From: Escherichia coli
GTDB lineage: Bacteria > Pseudomonadota > Gammaproteobacteria > Enterobacterales > Enterobacteriaceae
Direction: 5' to 3' (one strand)
Assembly (NCBI RefSeq): GCF_003334335.1
Contig: NZ_QOWQ01000005.1
DNA: 64,000 bases
The notes beneath the pieces were generated by a model. It ran no database searches. It saw nothing but the letters and a program-made list of their open reading frames with translations, and was not told where the DNA came from. Position numbers and translations under genes: made by a program. This document shows, piece after piece, positions 11,201-21,226 of the stretch; position 1 is the first letter of the stretch, and each line of letters begins with the position of its first letter.

Positions 11201-13519
11201 ATGAAAATTAGCGATGGAAACTGGTTGATTCAACCTGGCCTCAATTTGATTCACCCGCTTCAGGTGTTCGAGGTTGAACAGCAGGGTAATGAAATGGTGG
11301 TCTATGCTGCCCCCCGTGATGTGCGTGAACGTACCTGGCAGCTTGATACGCCTTTATTTACGCTGCGCTTTTTCTCCCCACAGGAAGGTATTGTCGGTGT
11401 ACGGATTGAGCATTTTCAGGGGGCGCTGAATAACGGTCCTCATTACCCACTCAATATTTTGCAGGACGTGAAGGTCACAATCGAAAACACAGAGCGTTAT
11501 GCTGAGTTTAAAAGTGGCAACTTAAGTGCGCGTGTCAGCAAAGGTGAGTTCTGGTCACTGGATTTTCTGCGCAACGGCGAACGTATTACCGGTAGTCAGG
11601 TGAAAAATAATGGCTACGTGCAGGACACGAATAATCAACGAAATTATATGTTTGAGCGGCTGGATCTTGGCGTTGGCGAAACAGTTTATGGTCTGGGAGA
11701 GCGCTTCACTGCCCTGGTGCGCAATGGTCAAACGGTAGAGACCTGGAACCGGGACGGCGGCACAAGTACTGAACAGGCGTATAAAAATATCCCGTTCTAC
11801 ATGACTAACCGTGGTTATGGGGTACTGGTCAATCATCCCCAATGCGTCTCTTTTGAAGTGGGATCGGAGAAAGTCTCCAAAGTGCAGTTCAGCGTTGAGA
11901 GTGAATATCTCGAATACTTTGTTATCGACGGTCCGACGCCGAAAGCGGTACTTGATCGTTATACCCGCTTTACTGGTCGTCCGGCGCTGCCGCCCGCGTG
12001 GTCCTTCGGTCTGTGGCTAACCACTTCATTTACCACCAACTACGACGAGGCGACAGTAAACAGCTTTATCGATGGTATGGCGGAACGCAATCTGCCACTG
12101 CATGTTTTCCACTTTGACTGTTTCTGGATGAAAGCCTTCCAGTGGTGCGATTTTGAGTGGGACCCGCTGACTTTCCCGGACCCGGAAGGGATGATCCGCC
12201 GCCTGAAAGCGAAAGGGCTGAAAATCTGCGTCTGGATTAACCCCTATATCGGGCAAAAATCCCCCGTCTTTAAAGAGTTACAAGAGAAAGGCTATTTACT
12301 CAAACGCCCGGACGGTTCGCTGTGGCAGTGGGATAAATGGCAGCCAGGTCTGGCGATTTATGACTTTACCAATCCGGATGCCTGCACATGGTACGCCGAC
12401 AAACTGAAAGGTCTGGTCGCGATGGGCGTTGATTGCTTTAAGACCGACTTTGGCGAACGTATCCCAACCGATGTTCAGTGGTTTGACGGTTCCGATCCGC
12501 AGAAAATGCATAACCATTATGCGTACATCTACAACGAACTGGTGTGGAACGTGCTCAAGGACACCGTTGGTGAGGAAGAAGCCGTCTTGTTTGCCCGCTC
12601 GGCCTCCGTTGGTGCGCAGAAATTCCCGGTACACTGGGGTGGTGACTGTTACGCTAACTACGAATCAATGGCGGAAAGCCTGCGCGGTGGTTTGTCTATT
12701 GGCCTTTCAGGTTTTGGCTTCTGGAGCCACGATATCGGCGGCTTTGAAAATACCGCTCCGGCACACGTTTACAAACGCTGGTGCGCGTTTGGTTTGCTCT
12801 CCAGCCATAGCCGTTTACATGGCAGCAAATCTTATCGTGTGCCGTGGGCCTACGATGATGAGTCCTGTGATGTGGTGCGCTTCTTCACGCAACTGAAATG
12901 CCGCATGATGCCGTATCTGTATCGTGAAGCTGCGCGTGCAAACACGCGGGGTACGCCGATGATGCGGGCCATGATGATGGAGTTCCCGGACGATCCGGCT
13001 TGTGATTACCTTGACCGTCAATACATGTTAGGCGACAACGTGATGGTTGCGCCGGTGTTCACTGAAGCGGGCGATGTGCAGTTCTACCTGCCGGAAGGTC
13101 GCTGGACACACCTGTGGCACAACGATGAACTCGACGGTAGTCGCTGGCATAAACAGCAGCACAGCTTCCTGAGTCTGCCCGTTTATGTGCGTGATAACAC
13201 TCTACTGGCGCTGGGCAACAACGATCAACGTCCCGATTACGCGTGGCACGAAGGCACGGCATTCCACCTCTTTAATCAGCAAGACGGGCATGAAGCCGTC
13301 TGTGAAGTGCCCGCTGCTGACGGTTCGGTGATCTTTACTCTAAAAGCAACACGTACTGGTAACACGATTACTGTGATTGGTGCGGGCGAGGCGAGGAACT
13401 GGACACTGTGCTTGCGCAATGTTGTGAAAGTAAATGGTCTGCAAGGCGGTTCGCAGGCTGAAAGTGAGCAGGGGCTGGTGGTGAAGCCTCAAGGGAATGC
13501 GCTGACAATTACGTTGTAA
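11201..13519 (+). CDS. yicI: alpha-xylosidase, glycoside hydrolase family 31
   Basis: 772-aa ORF with GH31 catalytic-region signature (KTDFGE, HWGGDC); 9-bp spacing from yicJ suggests an operon. Confidence 0.9.
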   Translation: MKISDGNWLIQPGLNLIHPLQVFEVEQQGNEMVVYAAPRDVRERTWQLDTPLFTLRFFSPQEGIVGVRIEHFQGALNNGPHYPLNILQDVKVTIENTERYAEFKSGNLSARVSKGEFWSLDFLRNGERITGSQVKNNGYVQDTNNQRNYMFERLDLGVGETVYGLGERFTALVRNGQTVETWNRDGGTSTEQAYKNIPFYMTNRGYGVLVNHPQCVSFEVGSEKVSKVQFSVESEYLEYFVIDGPTPKAVLDRYTRFTGRPALPPAWSFGLWLTTSFTTNYDEATVNSFIDGMAERNLPLHVFHFDCFWMKAFQWCDFEWDPLTFPDPEGMIRRLKAKGLKICVWINPYIGQKSPVFKELQEKGYLLKRPDGSLWQWDKWQPGLAIYDFTNPDACTWYADKLKGLVAMGVDCFKTDFGERIPTDVQWFDGSDPQKMHNHYAYIYNELVWNVLKDTVGEEEAVLFARSASVGAQKFPVHWGGDCYANYESMAESLRGGLSIGLSGFGFWSHDIGGFENTAPAHVYKRWCAFGLLSSHSRLHGSKSYRVPWAYDDESCDVVRFFTQLKCRMMPYLYREAARANTRGTPMMRAMMMEFPDDPACDYLDRQYMLGDNVMVAPVFTEAGDVQFYLPEGRWTHLWHNDELDGSRWHKQQHSFLSLPVYVRDNTLLALGNNDQRPDYAWHEGTAFHLFNQQDGHEAVCEVPAADGSVIFTLKATRTGNTITVIGAGEARNWTLCLRNVVKVNGLQGGSQAESEQGLVVKPQGNALTITL

Positions 13520-13535
13520 TCTATTGATGGAATGC

Positions 13536-13558
13536 CGGGTACGTCTGAGTCGTACCCG
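13536..13558. terminator. hairpin between convergent yicI and yicH
   Basis: CGGGTACG-tctgagt-CGTACCCG perfect 8-bp inverted repeat; no clear U-tract on either strand. Confidence 0.4.
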
Positions 13559-13571
13559 ACGAGATTGATGT

Positions 13572-15281
13572 TTACTGCACCGGCTCCGTCGATGTAACTT
13601 CACCGCTGGAAACGACGCCCGCATTCATGGTTTGAGTCACTTGCTGCTTTGCGGCGTTCACGGCATGCAATTGCCCGCTAACCGTAGGTTTCAGCGGGGC
13701 ATTGGCCTGAATATCTCCACTGGCGGTAAGCTGAATATTGCCGTCGCCAGTCAACGGTAATTCAGGCCATCCCCATTGTTGCAAAATATTCACCGGCACA
13801 CCGCGTCCATTCAGGCTGATATGGGTCTGACGTTGTGGCGTTTGTGAAACACTGGCGGTGGCTTCCAGAATGCCTTTTTCAGTAAATGCACTCAGTTCGC
13901 TGATATTCACCGTGCTGCTGTTGGCGGTCAGCGCCAGCGACGGGCGACGAACATCAACACGATTGAATGTCGCGGCGGCGGCATTCAGATTCGCCGAGCC
14001 ACTCCAGACGCCCCATTTATGATCGGTAACCAGCGTCAGGTTGGCACCGTAACCATCGAGCGTGGTGAGCTGCCACGGGAAGTCAGGGTCGATATCAATG
14101 ATCAGATTGCGGCTGGCGCTAAATCTCTTCAGTTGCAGGCTGTTTAACCAACCGGGTGTCGTTTCCATCCACAACTGTTGCCAGTTTTTCGGCAAGGTAT
14201 ATTCCAGCCCGGCAATTGCCGCATCATCAAGGATCAACGTTTTCCCGTCACGCAGCCAGTTCCCTGACGTTCTGACCATACCCCCTTCCCAGCGGCTGGT
14301 GAACTGGCGCAGCGCTACGCCCTGCGGGGAAAATTCCGCGTTTATAATCGGGTCAAATAAATGCAGCGAACCATAAATGAACTCGCTAGCGTTCATCGAC
14401 AGTTTGCCTTCTTGTGTCTGCCAGTCATCTTTACTGAAGGTCATGTTGCGCAAGCTGAGATCGAGGTCGGTCACCGCCCAGTCCGGACCTTGCAAACGAG
14501 CATCGATCACTTCCAGGCGACCAATCTGCAACGACGGGACAGAGCGTAATGGCGCAAAGAAGTCGGTTAGCGATTTTTCGCTTTGTAGACGGATATCCGC
14601 CATGCGCAGGTTTTCCACTTGCCAGCTGCCGTCGGCGTTACGCTGCGCGTTTCCGGTTAATGTCCCGCGCGCGATGTCGGCACCCAGGTTAGTCAGCGTA
14701 ACGCGATCGTTATCAATACTGCCTTCAATCAGTACATTGGTGGCAGGAACATCATTGAGCGAAAGCGATCCGGCACTAAACTGAATCTGCGCCTTCGTAC
14801 CCAGCACTTTACCGGCTTCTGGTGACCACGGAACCACGCCGCCATTTACCCGCTGCGCGCTCAGTTTCCATTCGCTATTCGGGCTATTAAACGCCATATC
14901 ACGCAGTTGCAGACGATCGGCTTTGAACGGTAGCGGCGCGGTCTGGTCGGTGAGATTCAGCGTCCCGTTTTCCAGCAGGATGGTATCGACATGGCGTGGT
15001 TCGGTCAGTTGCCGACTACTTAGCGCAATGTCGACACTTTTGGCCACCAGGGTCGCGGGCTGGCCATCACGACCAAACGTGACATTCTCCAGCACGATAT
15101 GAGATGGCGCGGAAAAACGGTGATCCATCGCCCCGAAGGCCAGATGATAGTCGCTATTCTCGGAAACCCATGCGCTGATATGTTCTGCTCCCCAGCGGGT
15201 TTGCAGAAGAAAATAGAGGCCAGCGATCACCACTAACAGAGCGATGAGAATGTAGAGAAGCAGCTTCCCAATAAATTTCAT
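13572..15281 (-). CDS. yicH: AsmA-family protein
   Basis: 569-aa ORF from MKFIGKLL with N-terminal membrane anchor; AsmA-like. Confidence 0.8.
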   Translation of the reverse strand: MKFIGKLLLYILIALLVVIAGLYFLLQTRWGAEHISAWVSENSDYHLAFGAMDHRFSAPSHIVLENVTFGRDGQPATLVAKSVDIALSSRQLTEPRHVDTILLENGTLNLTDQTAPLPFKADRLQLRDMAFNSPNSEWKLSAQRVNGGVVPWSPEAGKVLGTKAQIQFSAGSLSLNDVPATNVLIEGSIDNDRVTLTNLGADIARGTLTGNAQRNADGSWQVENLRMADIRLQSEKSLTDFFAPLRSVPSLQIGRLEVIDARLQGPDWAVTDLDLSLRNMTFSKDDWQTQEGKLSMNASEFIYGSLHLFDPIINAEFSPQGVALRQFTSRWEGGMVRTSGNWLRDGKTLILDDAAIAGLEYTLPKNWQQLWMETTPGWLNSLQLKRFSASRNLIIDIDPDFPWQLTTLDGYGANLTLVTDHKWGVWSGSANLNAAAATFNRVDVRRPSLALTANSSTVNISELSAFTEKGILEATASVSQTPQRQTHISLNGRGVPVNILQQWGWPELPLTGDGNIQLTASGDIQANAPLKPTVSGQLHAVNAAKQQVTQTMNAGVVSSGEVTSTEPVQ

Positions 15282-15401
15282 GGTCTTCCATCCCGTGAAA
15301 TGCACATAAGGGAGTTATGCACGATTTACGCGCAATCCTCAAGGCGGGAATGGTGAAAGAGGTGAGACTGCGGCGGTAATTATCTTACCGCCGCCAGTGA
15401 A

Positions 15402-16793
15402 TTACTGTTTTTCTGGTGGGAAAATCAGATTCAGCACGATGGCAGTAATACCGCCCGCGGCGATCCCGGAGGAGAGCAGGTTTTTCAGCCATTCAGGGGC
15501 AAACTGCAAAATCAGCGGCTGCTGAGACACGCCCAGACCAACCGCCAGCGACAGCGCGATAATCAGAATCGCCCGACGGTTCAGCGGCTCACGAGAAACG
15601 ATACGCACACCGGAGGCGGCGATGGTGCCAAACATTACAAGCGTTGCGCCGCCCAGAACCGGTTCTGGAATGTGTTGTACAAAACCGCTCACTGCCGGGA
15701 ACAGACCCAGCACGATCAACATCAGCGCGACGACAAAACCGACATAGCGGCTGGCAACACCAGTCAACTGGATCACTCCGTTGTTTTGCCCGAAGCAGGA
15801 GTTCGGGAAGGTGTTAAACACCGCCGAAACAAACGAGTTCAGGCCGTTTGCCAGCACGCCACCTTTCAGGCGTTTCATGTACAGCGGACCGGACACTGGC
15901 TGTTCGGAAACGTCAGAGGTCGCCGTGATATCGCCAATGGTTTCCAGCGAAGTGATCATAAAGACCAGCATCAGCGGCAGCAGCAGACTCCATTCAATGC
16001 CAAGACCGTAATAGAGCGGCGTTGGCACCATAATCAGTTCTTGCGTCATCGGTTCGTTGCTTTCTGGCAACATGCCCATAAACCACGCCAGCGCATATCC
16101 GGCCGCCATCGCAATCACCAGTGAGGCCACGCGTAAGTAAGGGTTACGTTGACGGTTAAGCAGGATAATTAAGGCTAAGACCACGCCTGCCAGCAGCAGA
16201 TTTTTCGGTGCGCCGAAGGTGTTATCGCTCATGGCTGCGTAACCGCCGCCAATGGACGTTAACCCAACCTGAATTAGCGACAGGCCGATAATCATCACCA
16301 CAACGCCAGAAACCAGCGGCGTAATAATGCGGCGCGCCAGATGCAGAACGCGGGAGATCACCATCTCGGTGCAACTTGCCAGCATCAACGTGCCGAACAA
16401 AGCCGCCATCATGGTAGGAACATCAGCACCACCGGTTTTCAGCGCGGTACCGCCCATAATCAGCGGGGCAACAAAGTTGAAGCTGGTGCCCTGAATAGAC
16501 AACAGCCCGGAGCCAACCGGACCCCAGGCCTTAATTTGAATAATCGATGCCACACCGGAGGCAAACAGCGACATACTAATAATGTGTTGCGTGTCTTGTG
16601 CCGGTAAACCCAGCGCCTGGCAGATTAATAGCGCTGGCGTGATCACCGCAACGAACATCGCCAGCAGATGCTGACAGGCGGCAAACAGGGTTTGAGGAAG
16701 CGGCGGACGATCTTCAAGACGGTAAATCAGTTCGCTGTTTTGAGTCTGCGCAACCGGTTGCGCATTTTCTGACTCGAGGGTGGAAACAGACAT
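15402..16793 (-). CDS. xanP: xanthine permease, NCS2 family
   Basis: 463-aa polytopic ORF from MSVSTLES; nucleobase:cation symporter-2 motifs. Confidence 0.85.
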
Positions 16794-17072
16794 CGAAAAC
16801 AATCCCGTGGTAGCAAAGCGGGCATTTTAGCTGACCGAAAGAGAAAAGCAAACGTTTGCCACATCCTCATCTAAATATTTAAATGAGATAAATGCACTTT
16901 TTTATATAACTTTTGGTATTTTTCTGCTTAAAATCCATGCCATTTGTTCATTAACAGCTGAGAATTTGACCCAGGAAAGCATAACTCGATACCCGTCATA
17001 GTTCATGAAGTTGCCACTGCGCGATGAAGTATGACGAGTATGAAAGAGTGATGCGGATACAAAGGAGTAACT

Positions 17073-18278
17073 ATGTTTCATCTCGATACTTTAGCAACGC
17101 TTGTTGCCGCAACGCTGACGTTGCTGCTCGGGCGTAAGTTGGTCCATTCCGTCTCCTTTTTGAAGAAATACACCATACCGGAACCTGTTGCGGGTGGTTT
17201 GTTGGTGGCGCTGGCGCTACTAGTACTGAAAAAAAGCATGGGCTGGGAAGTCAACTTTGATATGTCCCTGCGCGATCCGTTAATGCTGGCTTTCTTCGCC
17301 ACCATTGGCCTGAACGCCAACATTGCCAGTTTGCGTGCCGGTGGGCGTGTGGTTGGCATCTTCTTGATTGTGGTTGTTGGTCTGTTGGTGATGCAAAATG
17401 CCATTGGCATTGGTATGGCTAGCCTGTTAGGGCTTGATCCGCTGATGGGGCTGTTGGCCGGTTCTATTACGCTTTCCGGCGGTCACGGTACGGGCGCTGC
17501 GTGGAGTAAATTGTTCATTGAACGTTATGGCTTCACCAATGCGACGGAAGTGGCGATGGCCTGTGCAACGTTCGGTCTGGTGCTGGGCGGCTTGATTGGC
17601 GGTCCGGTGGCGCGCTATCTGGTGAAACACTCCACCACGCCGAACGGTATTCCGGATGACCAGGAAGTCCCGACGGCGTTTGAAAAGCCGGATGTGGGCC
17701 GCATGATCACCTCGTTGGTGCTGATTGAAACTATCGCGCTGATTGCTATCTGCCTGACGGTGGGGAAAATTGTTGCGCAACTTTTGGCTGGCACTGCTTT
17801 TGAACTGCCGACCTTCGTCTGTGTACTGTTTGTTGGCGTGATTCTGAGCAACGGTCTGTCAATAATGGGCTTTTACCGCGTCTTTGAGCGTGCGGTATCC
17901 GTGCTGGGTAACGTAAGCTTGTCGTTGTTCCTGGCGATGGCGTTGATGGGGCTGAAACTGTGGGAGCTGGCTTCGCTGGCGCTGCCGATGCTGGCGATTC
18001 TGGTGGTACAGACCATCTTCATGGCGTTGTATGCCATCTTCGTTACCTGGCGCATGATGGGCAAAAACTACGATGCGGCAGTGCTGGCTGCGGGTCACTG
18101 TGGTTTTGGCCTCGGTGCAACGCCAACGGCAATCGCCAACATGCAGGCGATCACTGAACGCTTTGGCCCGTCGCACATGGCGTTTTTGGTGGTGCCGATG
18201 GTCGGTGCGTTCTTTATCGATATCGTCAATGCGCTGGTAATTAAGTTGTATTTGATGTTGCCGATTTTTGCCGGTTAA
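17073..18278 (+). CDS. gltS: sodium/glutamate symporter
   Basis: 401-aa polytopic ORF, GltS (ESS) family. Confidence 0.9.
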   Translation: MFHLDTLATLVAATLTLLLGRKLVHSVSFLKKYTIPEPVAGGLLVALALLVLKKSMGWEVNFDMSLRDPLMLAFFATIGLNANIASLRAGGRVVGIFLIVVVGLLVMQNAIGIGMASLLGLDPLMGLLAGSITLSGGHGTGAAWSKLFIERYGFTNATEVAMACATFGLVLGGLIGGPVARYLVKHSTTPNGIPDDQEVPTAFEKPDVGRMITSLVLIETIALIAICLTVGKIVAQLLAGTAFELPTFVCVLFVGVILSNGLSIMGFYRVFERAVSVLGNVSLSLFLAMALMGLKLWELASLALPMLAILVVQTIFMALYAIFVTWRMMGKNYDAAVLAAGHCGFGLGATPTAIANMQAITERFGPSHMAFLVVPMVGAFFIDIVNALVIKLYLMLPIFAG

Positions 18279-18320
18279 CCGATGAAGCGGCGGTAGAAGT
18301 GCCGCCGCAACAAAGACAAA

Positions 18321-18352
18321 TGCCTGATACGCTTCGCTTATCAAGCCTGCGT
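18321..18352. repeat. REP-like palindromic element between gltS and recG
   Basis: TGCCTGATACGCTTCGCTTATCAAGCCTGCG resembles the GCCTGATGCG...CTTATCAGGCCTAC REP consensus. Confidence 0.5.
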
Positions 18353-18443
18353 ATTGATTCATAATTTATTGAATTTGTAGGGTGAATCGCATCCGGCAGG
18401 AAGGTAGGGTAACCTGAAATGGCGGTCTTCTCACTGCCGCCTT

Positions 18444-20525
18444 TTACGCATTCGAGTAACGTTCTGTCTCCGGCATCCAGCGTTCTATCAAGGCTTTTGC
18501 CTGTTGTGGGTAACGTTCGTGAATATGTCGCGCCAGGCGCTGAACTTCCGGGATCATCGCCTGATCGCGCAGTAAATCCGCCACTTTAAATTCAGCATTA
18601 CCCGTCTGACGCGTGCCTAACAATTCGCCAGGGCCGCGAATCTCCAGATCTTTTTGCGCAATCACAAAACCGTCGTTACTGTCGCGCAGCACTTGCAGGC
18701 GAATTTGCGCCGTTTTAGAAAGCGGCGTTTTGTAGAGCAGCACGCAGTGAGAAGCCACCGCGCCACGACCTACGCGCCCGCGCAGCTGGTGTAACTGCGC
18801 CAGACCCAGACGCTCAGGGTTTTCGATAATCATCAGGCTGGCGTTAGGCACATCAACACCGACTTCAATAACGGTAGTGGCAACCAGCAGATGTAGCTCA
18901 CCTTGTTTAAACGACGCCATCACCGCCTGTTTCTCGGCTGGTTTCATCCGCCCGTGTACCAGGCCAACATTCAATTCTGGTAGCGCCAGTTTCAACTCTT
19001 CCCAGGTAGCTTCCGCCGCCTGCGCTTCCAGTAACTCTGACTCTTCAATCAACGTACAAACCCAGTACGCCTGACGACCTTCAGTTATGCAGGCGTGGCG
19101 CACGCGGTCAATGATGTCGGTACGGCGGGTATCAGGAATAGCGACCGTAGTCACTGGCGTGCGGCCTGGCGGCAGCTCATCTATCACCGAGGTATCGAGA
19201 TCGGCATACGCCGTCATTGCCAGCGTGCGGGGGATCGGCGTGGCGGTCATGATCAACTGATGCGGATGGAAGCCCTGCTGCTGGCCTTTCTCCCACAATG
19301 CCAGACGCTGATGCACGCCAAAACGATGCTGTTCGTCGATAATCACCAGCGCCAGGCCGTTAAACTGCACCTGTTCCTGGAAGATGGCGTGTGTACCGAC
19401 AATCATCTGCACCTGACCGCTGGCGATGGCTTCCTGCTGAGACAGTCGCGCTTTGCCTTTCTGCTTACCGGCGAGCCAGCCCACTTTGATACCGAGCGGT
19501 GCAAACCAGTTGCGGAAGTTATTGGCGTGCTGCTCGGCGAGTAATTCGGTTGGTGCCATCAGTGCCACCTGTTTGCCGTGGGCAATCGCACGCAGCGCGG
19601 CGAGGGCGGCGACCAGCGTTTTACCGGAACCTACATCGCCCTGTACCAGGCGCATCATCGGCACATCCAGCGCCATATCATGCTCGATCTCCGCCACTAC
19701 GCGTGCCTGTGCGCCCGTTGGCTTGAACGGTAAGGCGGCGAGGAGTTTATTTTTCAGCGTGTCATTGGCGCTCAGCGGCTGGGCATGAAAACGCTGTGCT
19801 CCGGCACGTAAGGCTAACATGCTGAGGTTGTGCGCCAGCAGTTCTTCCAGAATCAGACGACGTTGCGCCGGATGCTGCCCGGTTTCCAGATCGCTAAGCT
19901 GTAGCGTCGGTGGCGGGCGGTGCAAAGTGCGCAACGCTTCCGGTAGCGTCATCATTCCTTGTGACAGTTCCGGCGGCAGGAGTTCTTCAATGGCGCAGGT
20001 GTCGAGCAGATCCAGCGCCTGGTCGGTTAATTTACGCAGCGTGGCCTGCTTTACGCCTTCCGTTGTTGGATAAACCGGCGTGAGCGTTTCCTGTAATTCT
20101 GGCGTGCTGAGATCGCCCTGCACGCGGTATTCCGGGTGGATCATCTCCGCACCATATTTACCGCGCTTTGCTTCGCCATAAGCCAGTACACGGCGGCCCG
20201 TCGCCAGGCTATTTTTCATTGCCGCGCTGAAATTGAAAAAGCGCATGGTGAGGATGCCGGAACCGTCGCTGATCTGGCAGGTCATCATCCGCCGACCGCC
20301 GAAGGAGATATTGCAGTTCAGCACTTCGCCTTCCACCGTGGCATAAACGCCCGGCAGTAGTTCTCCGATGGGGTAGAGATGGGTGCGATCTTCGTAGCGC
20401 AGGGGAAGGTGTAAGAGTAAATCCTGCACGGTATGCAGGTTGATTTTCGCCAGTTTGTTACTAAGCGCTGCGCCAACGCCCGTTAGGGAACTGAGCGGGA
20501 CAGTATCTAACAGGCGGCCTTTCAT
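18444..20525 (-). CDS. recG: ATP-dependent DNA helicase RecG
   Basis: 693 aa from MKGRLLD; Walker A GDVGSGKT and DEQH box IIDEQHRFG; start overlaps the 3' end of trmH. Confidence 0.9.
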   Translation of the reverse strand: MKGRLLDTVPLSSLTGVGAALSNKLAKINLHTVQDLLLHLPLRYEDRTHLYPIGELLPGVYATVEGEVLNCNISFGGRRMMTCQISDGSGILTMRFFNFSAAMKNSLATGRRVLAYGEAKRGKYGAEMIHPEYRVQGDLSTPELQETLTPVYPTTEGVKQATLRKLTDQALDLLDTCAIEELLPPELSQGMMTLPEALRTLHRPPPTLQLSDLETGQHPAQRRLILEELLAHNLSMLALRAGAQRFHAQPLSANDTLKNKLLAALPFKPTGAQARVVAEIEHDMALDVPMMRLVQGDVGSGKTLVAALAALRAIAHGKQVALMAPTELLAEQHANNFRNWFAPLGIKVGWLAGKQKGKARLSQQEAIASGQVQMIVGTHAIFQEQVQFNGLALVIIDEQHRFGVHQRLALWEKGQQQGFHPHQLIMTATPIPRTLAMTAYADLDTSVIDELPPGRTPVTTVAIPDTRRTDIIDRVRHACITEGRQAYWVCTLIEESELLEAQAAEATWEELKLALPELNVGLVHGRMKPAEKQAVMASFKQGELHLLVATTVIEVGVDVPNASLMIIENPERLGLAQLHQLRGRVGRGAVASHCVLLYKTPLSKTAQIRLQVLRDSNDGFVIAQKDLEIRGPGELLGTRQTGNAEFKVADLLRDQAMIPEVQRLARHIHERYPQQAKALIERWMPETERYSNA

Positions 20526-20530
20526 GGCGC

Positions 20531-21220
20531 TTACCCTGCGGCCTGCATGGTGGACCACCAGTCAGCATCAGCTTCGATCTCGCCTTGCTGATTGACGTGG
20601 GGGTAAGGCAGGCCTTTGCGTTTTGCGACTTTCGCCAGCACCGGATAGCCGCCTTCAAACAACAGGCGTTGTTGCTCTGCTTCCGGCAACATGCTGTTTT
20701 CACGCAGGTACATGCCTGCATTTTGCCGCTGACGCTGGGCTTCGTAAAGAATGAGGGCTGAGGCAACGGAAACATTCAGCGACTGCACCATGCCGATCAT
20801 CGGAATGATGATGTCCTGATCCGCCAGGGCCAATGCTTCCTGCGTGATGCCCGTTTTCTCCTGTCCCATCAAAATGCAGGTCGGGCGAGTGTAATCAATT
20901 TCGCGGAAATCGACAGCATTATCAGAAAGATGGGTTGCCAGAATCTGCATGCCCTGGCCTTTCAGATGAGCGACGGCATCGCCAATGGTGCGGTGTGTTT
21001 TCACCTGTACCCAGCTGTTACTACCCGCCGCTGCCGAAGCCATGGTGCGCATCCGGCTACCAGGCCAGACGGCGTGAACTTCATGTACGCCAACGGCATC
21101 TGCGGTACGAATAATCGCAGAAACGTTATGAGGTTTGTGGACCTGCTCCATGCAGACGGTCAGGTCAGGCTGCCGCCTGGCGAGCATTTCGCAGATGCGT
21201 GCATAACGTGTTGGGTTCAT
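20531..21220 (-). CDS. trmH: tRNA (guanosine18-2'-O)-methyltransferase, SpoU/TrmH family
   Basis: 229-aa SPOUT-fold ORF in the spoT operon. Confidence 0.9.
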   Translation of the reverse strand: MNPTRYARICEMLARRQPDLTVCMEQVHKPHNVSAIIRTADAVGVHEVHAVWPGSRMRTMASAAAGSNSWVQVKTHRTIGDAVAHLKGQGMQILATHLSDNAVDFREIDYTRPTCILMGQEKTGITQEALALADQDIIIPMIGMVQSLNVSVASALILYEAQRQRQNAGMYLRENSMLPEAEQQRLLFEGGYPVLAKVAKRKGLPYPHVNQQGEIEADADWWSTMQAAG

Positions 21221-21226
21221 AAAACA

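Noticed and set aside
18287-18308. Hairpin GCGGCGG-tagaagt-GCCGCCGC just after the gltS stop, as a possible terminator
   Set aside because: Good stem but no flanking U-tract on either strand; may be a Rho-dependent or structural element, so not listed as an intrinsic terminator
18444-20558. Longest-ORF starts giving N-terminal extensions for recG (704 aa), gpmM (562 aa), gmk (226 aa), slmA (212 aa), coaBC (430 aa), yicG (223 aa), nepI (451 aa) and adeQ (470 aa)
   Set aside because: Internal ATG codons reproduce the canonical protein lengths, and the extensions overlap upstream genes or lack conserved sequence; the shorter starts were used
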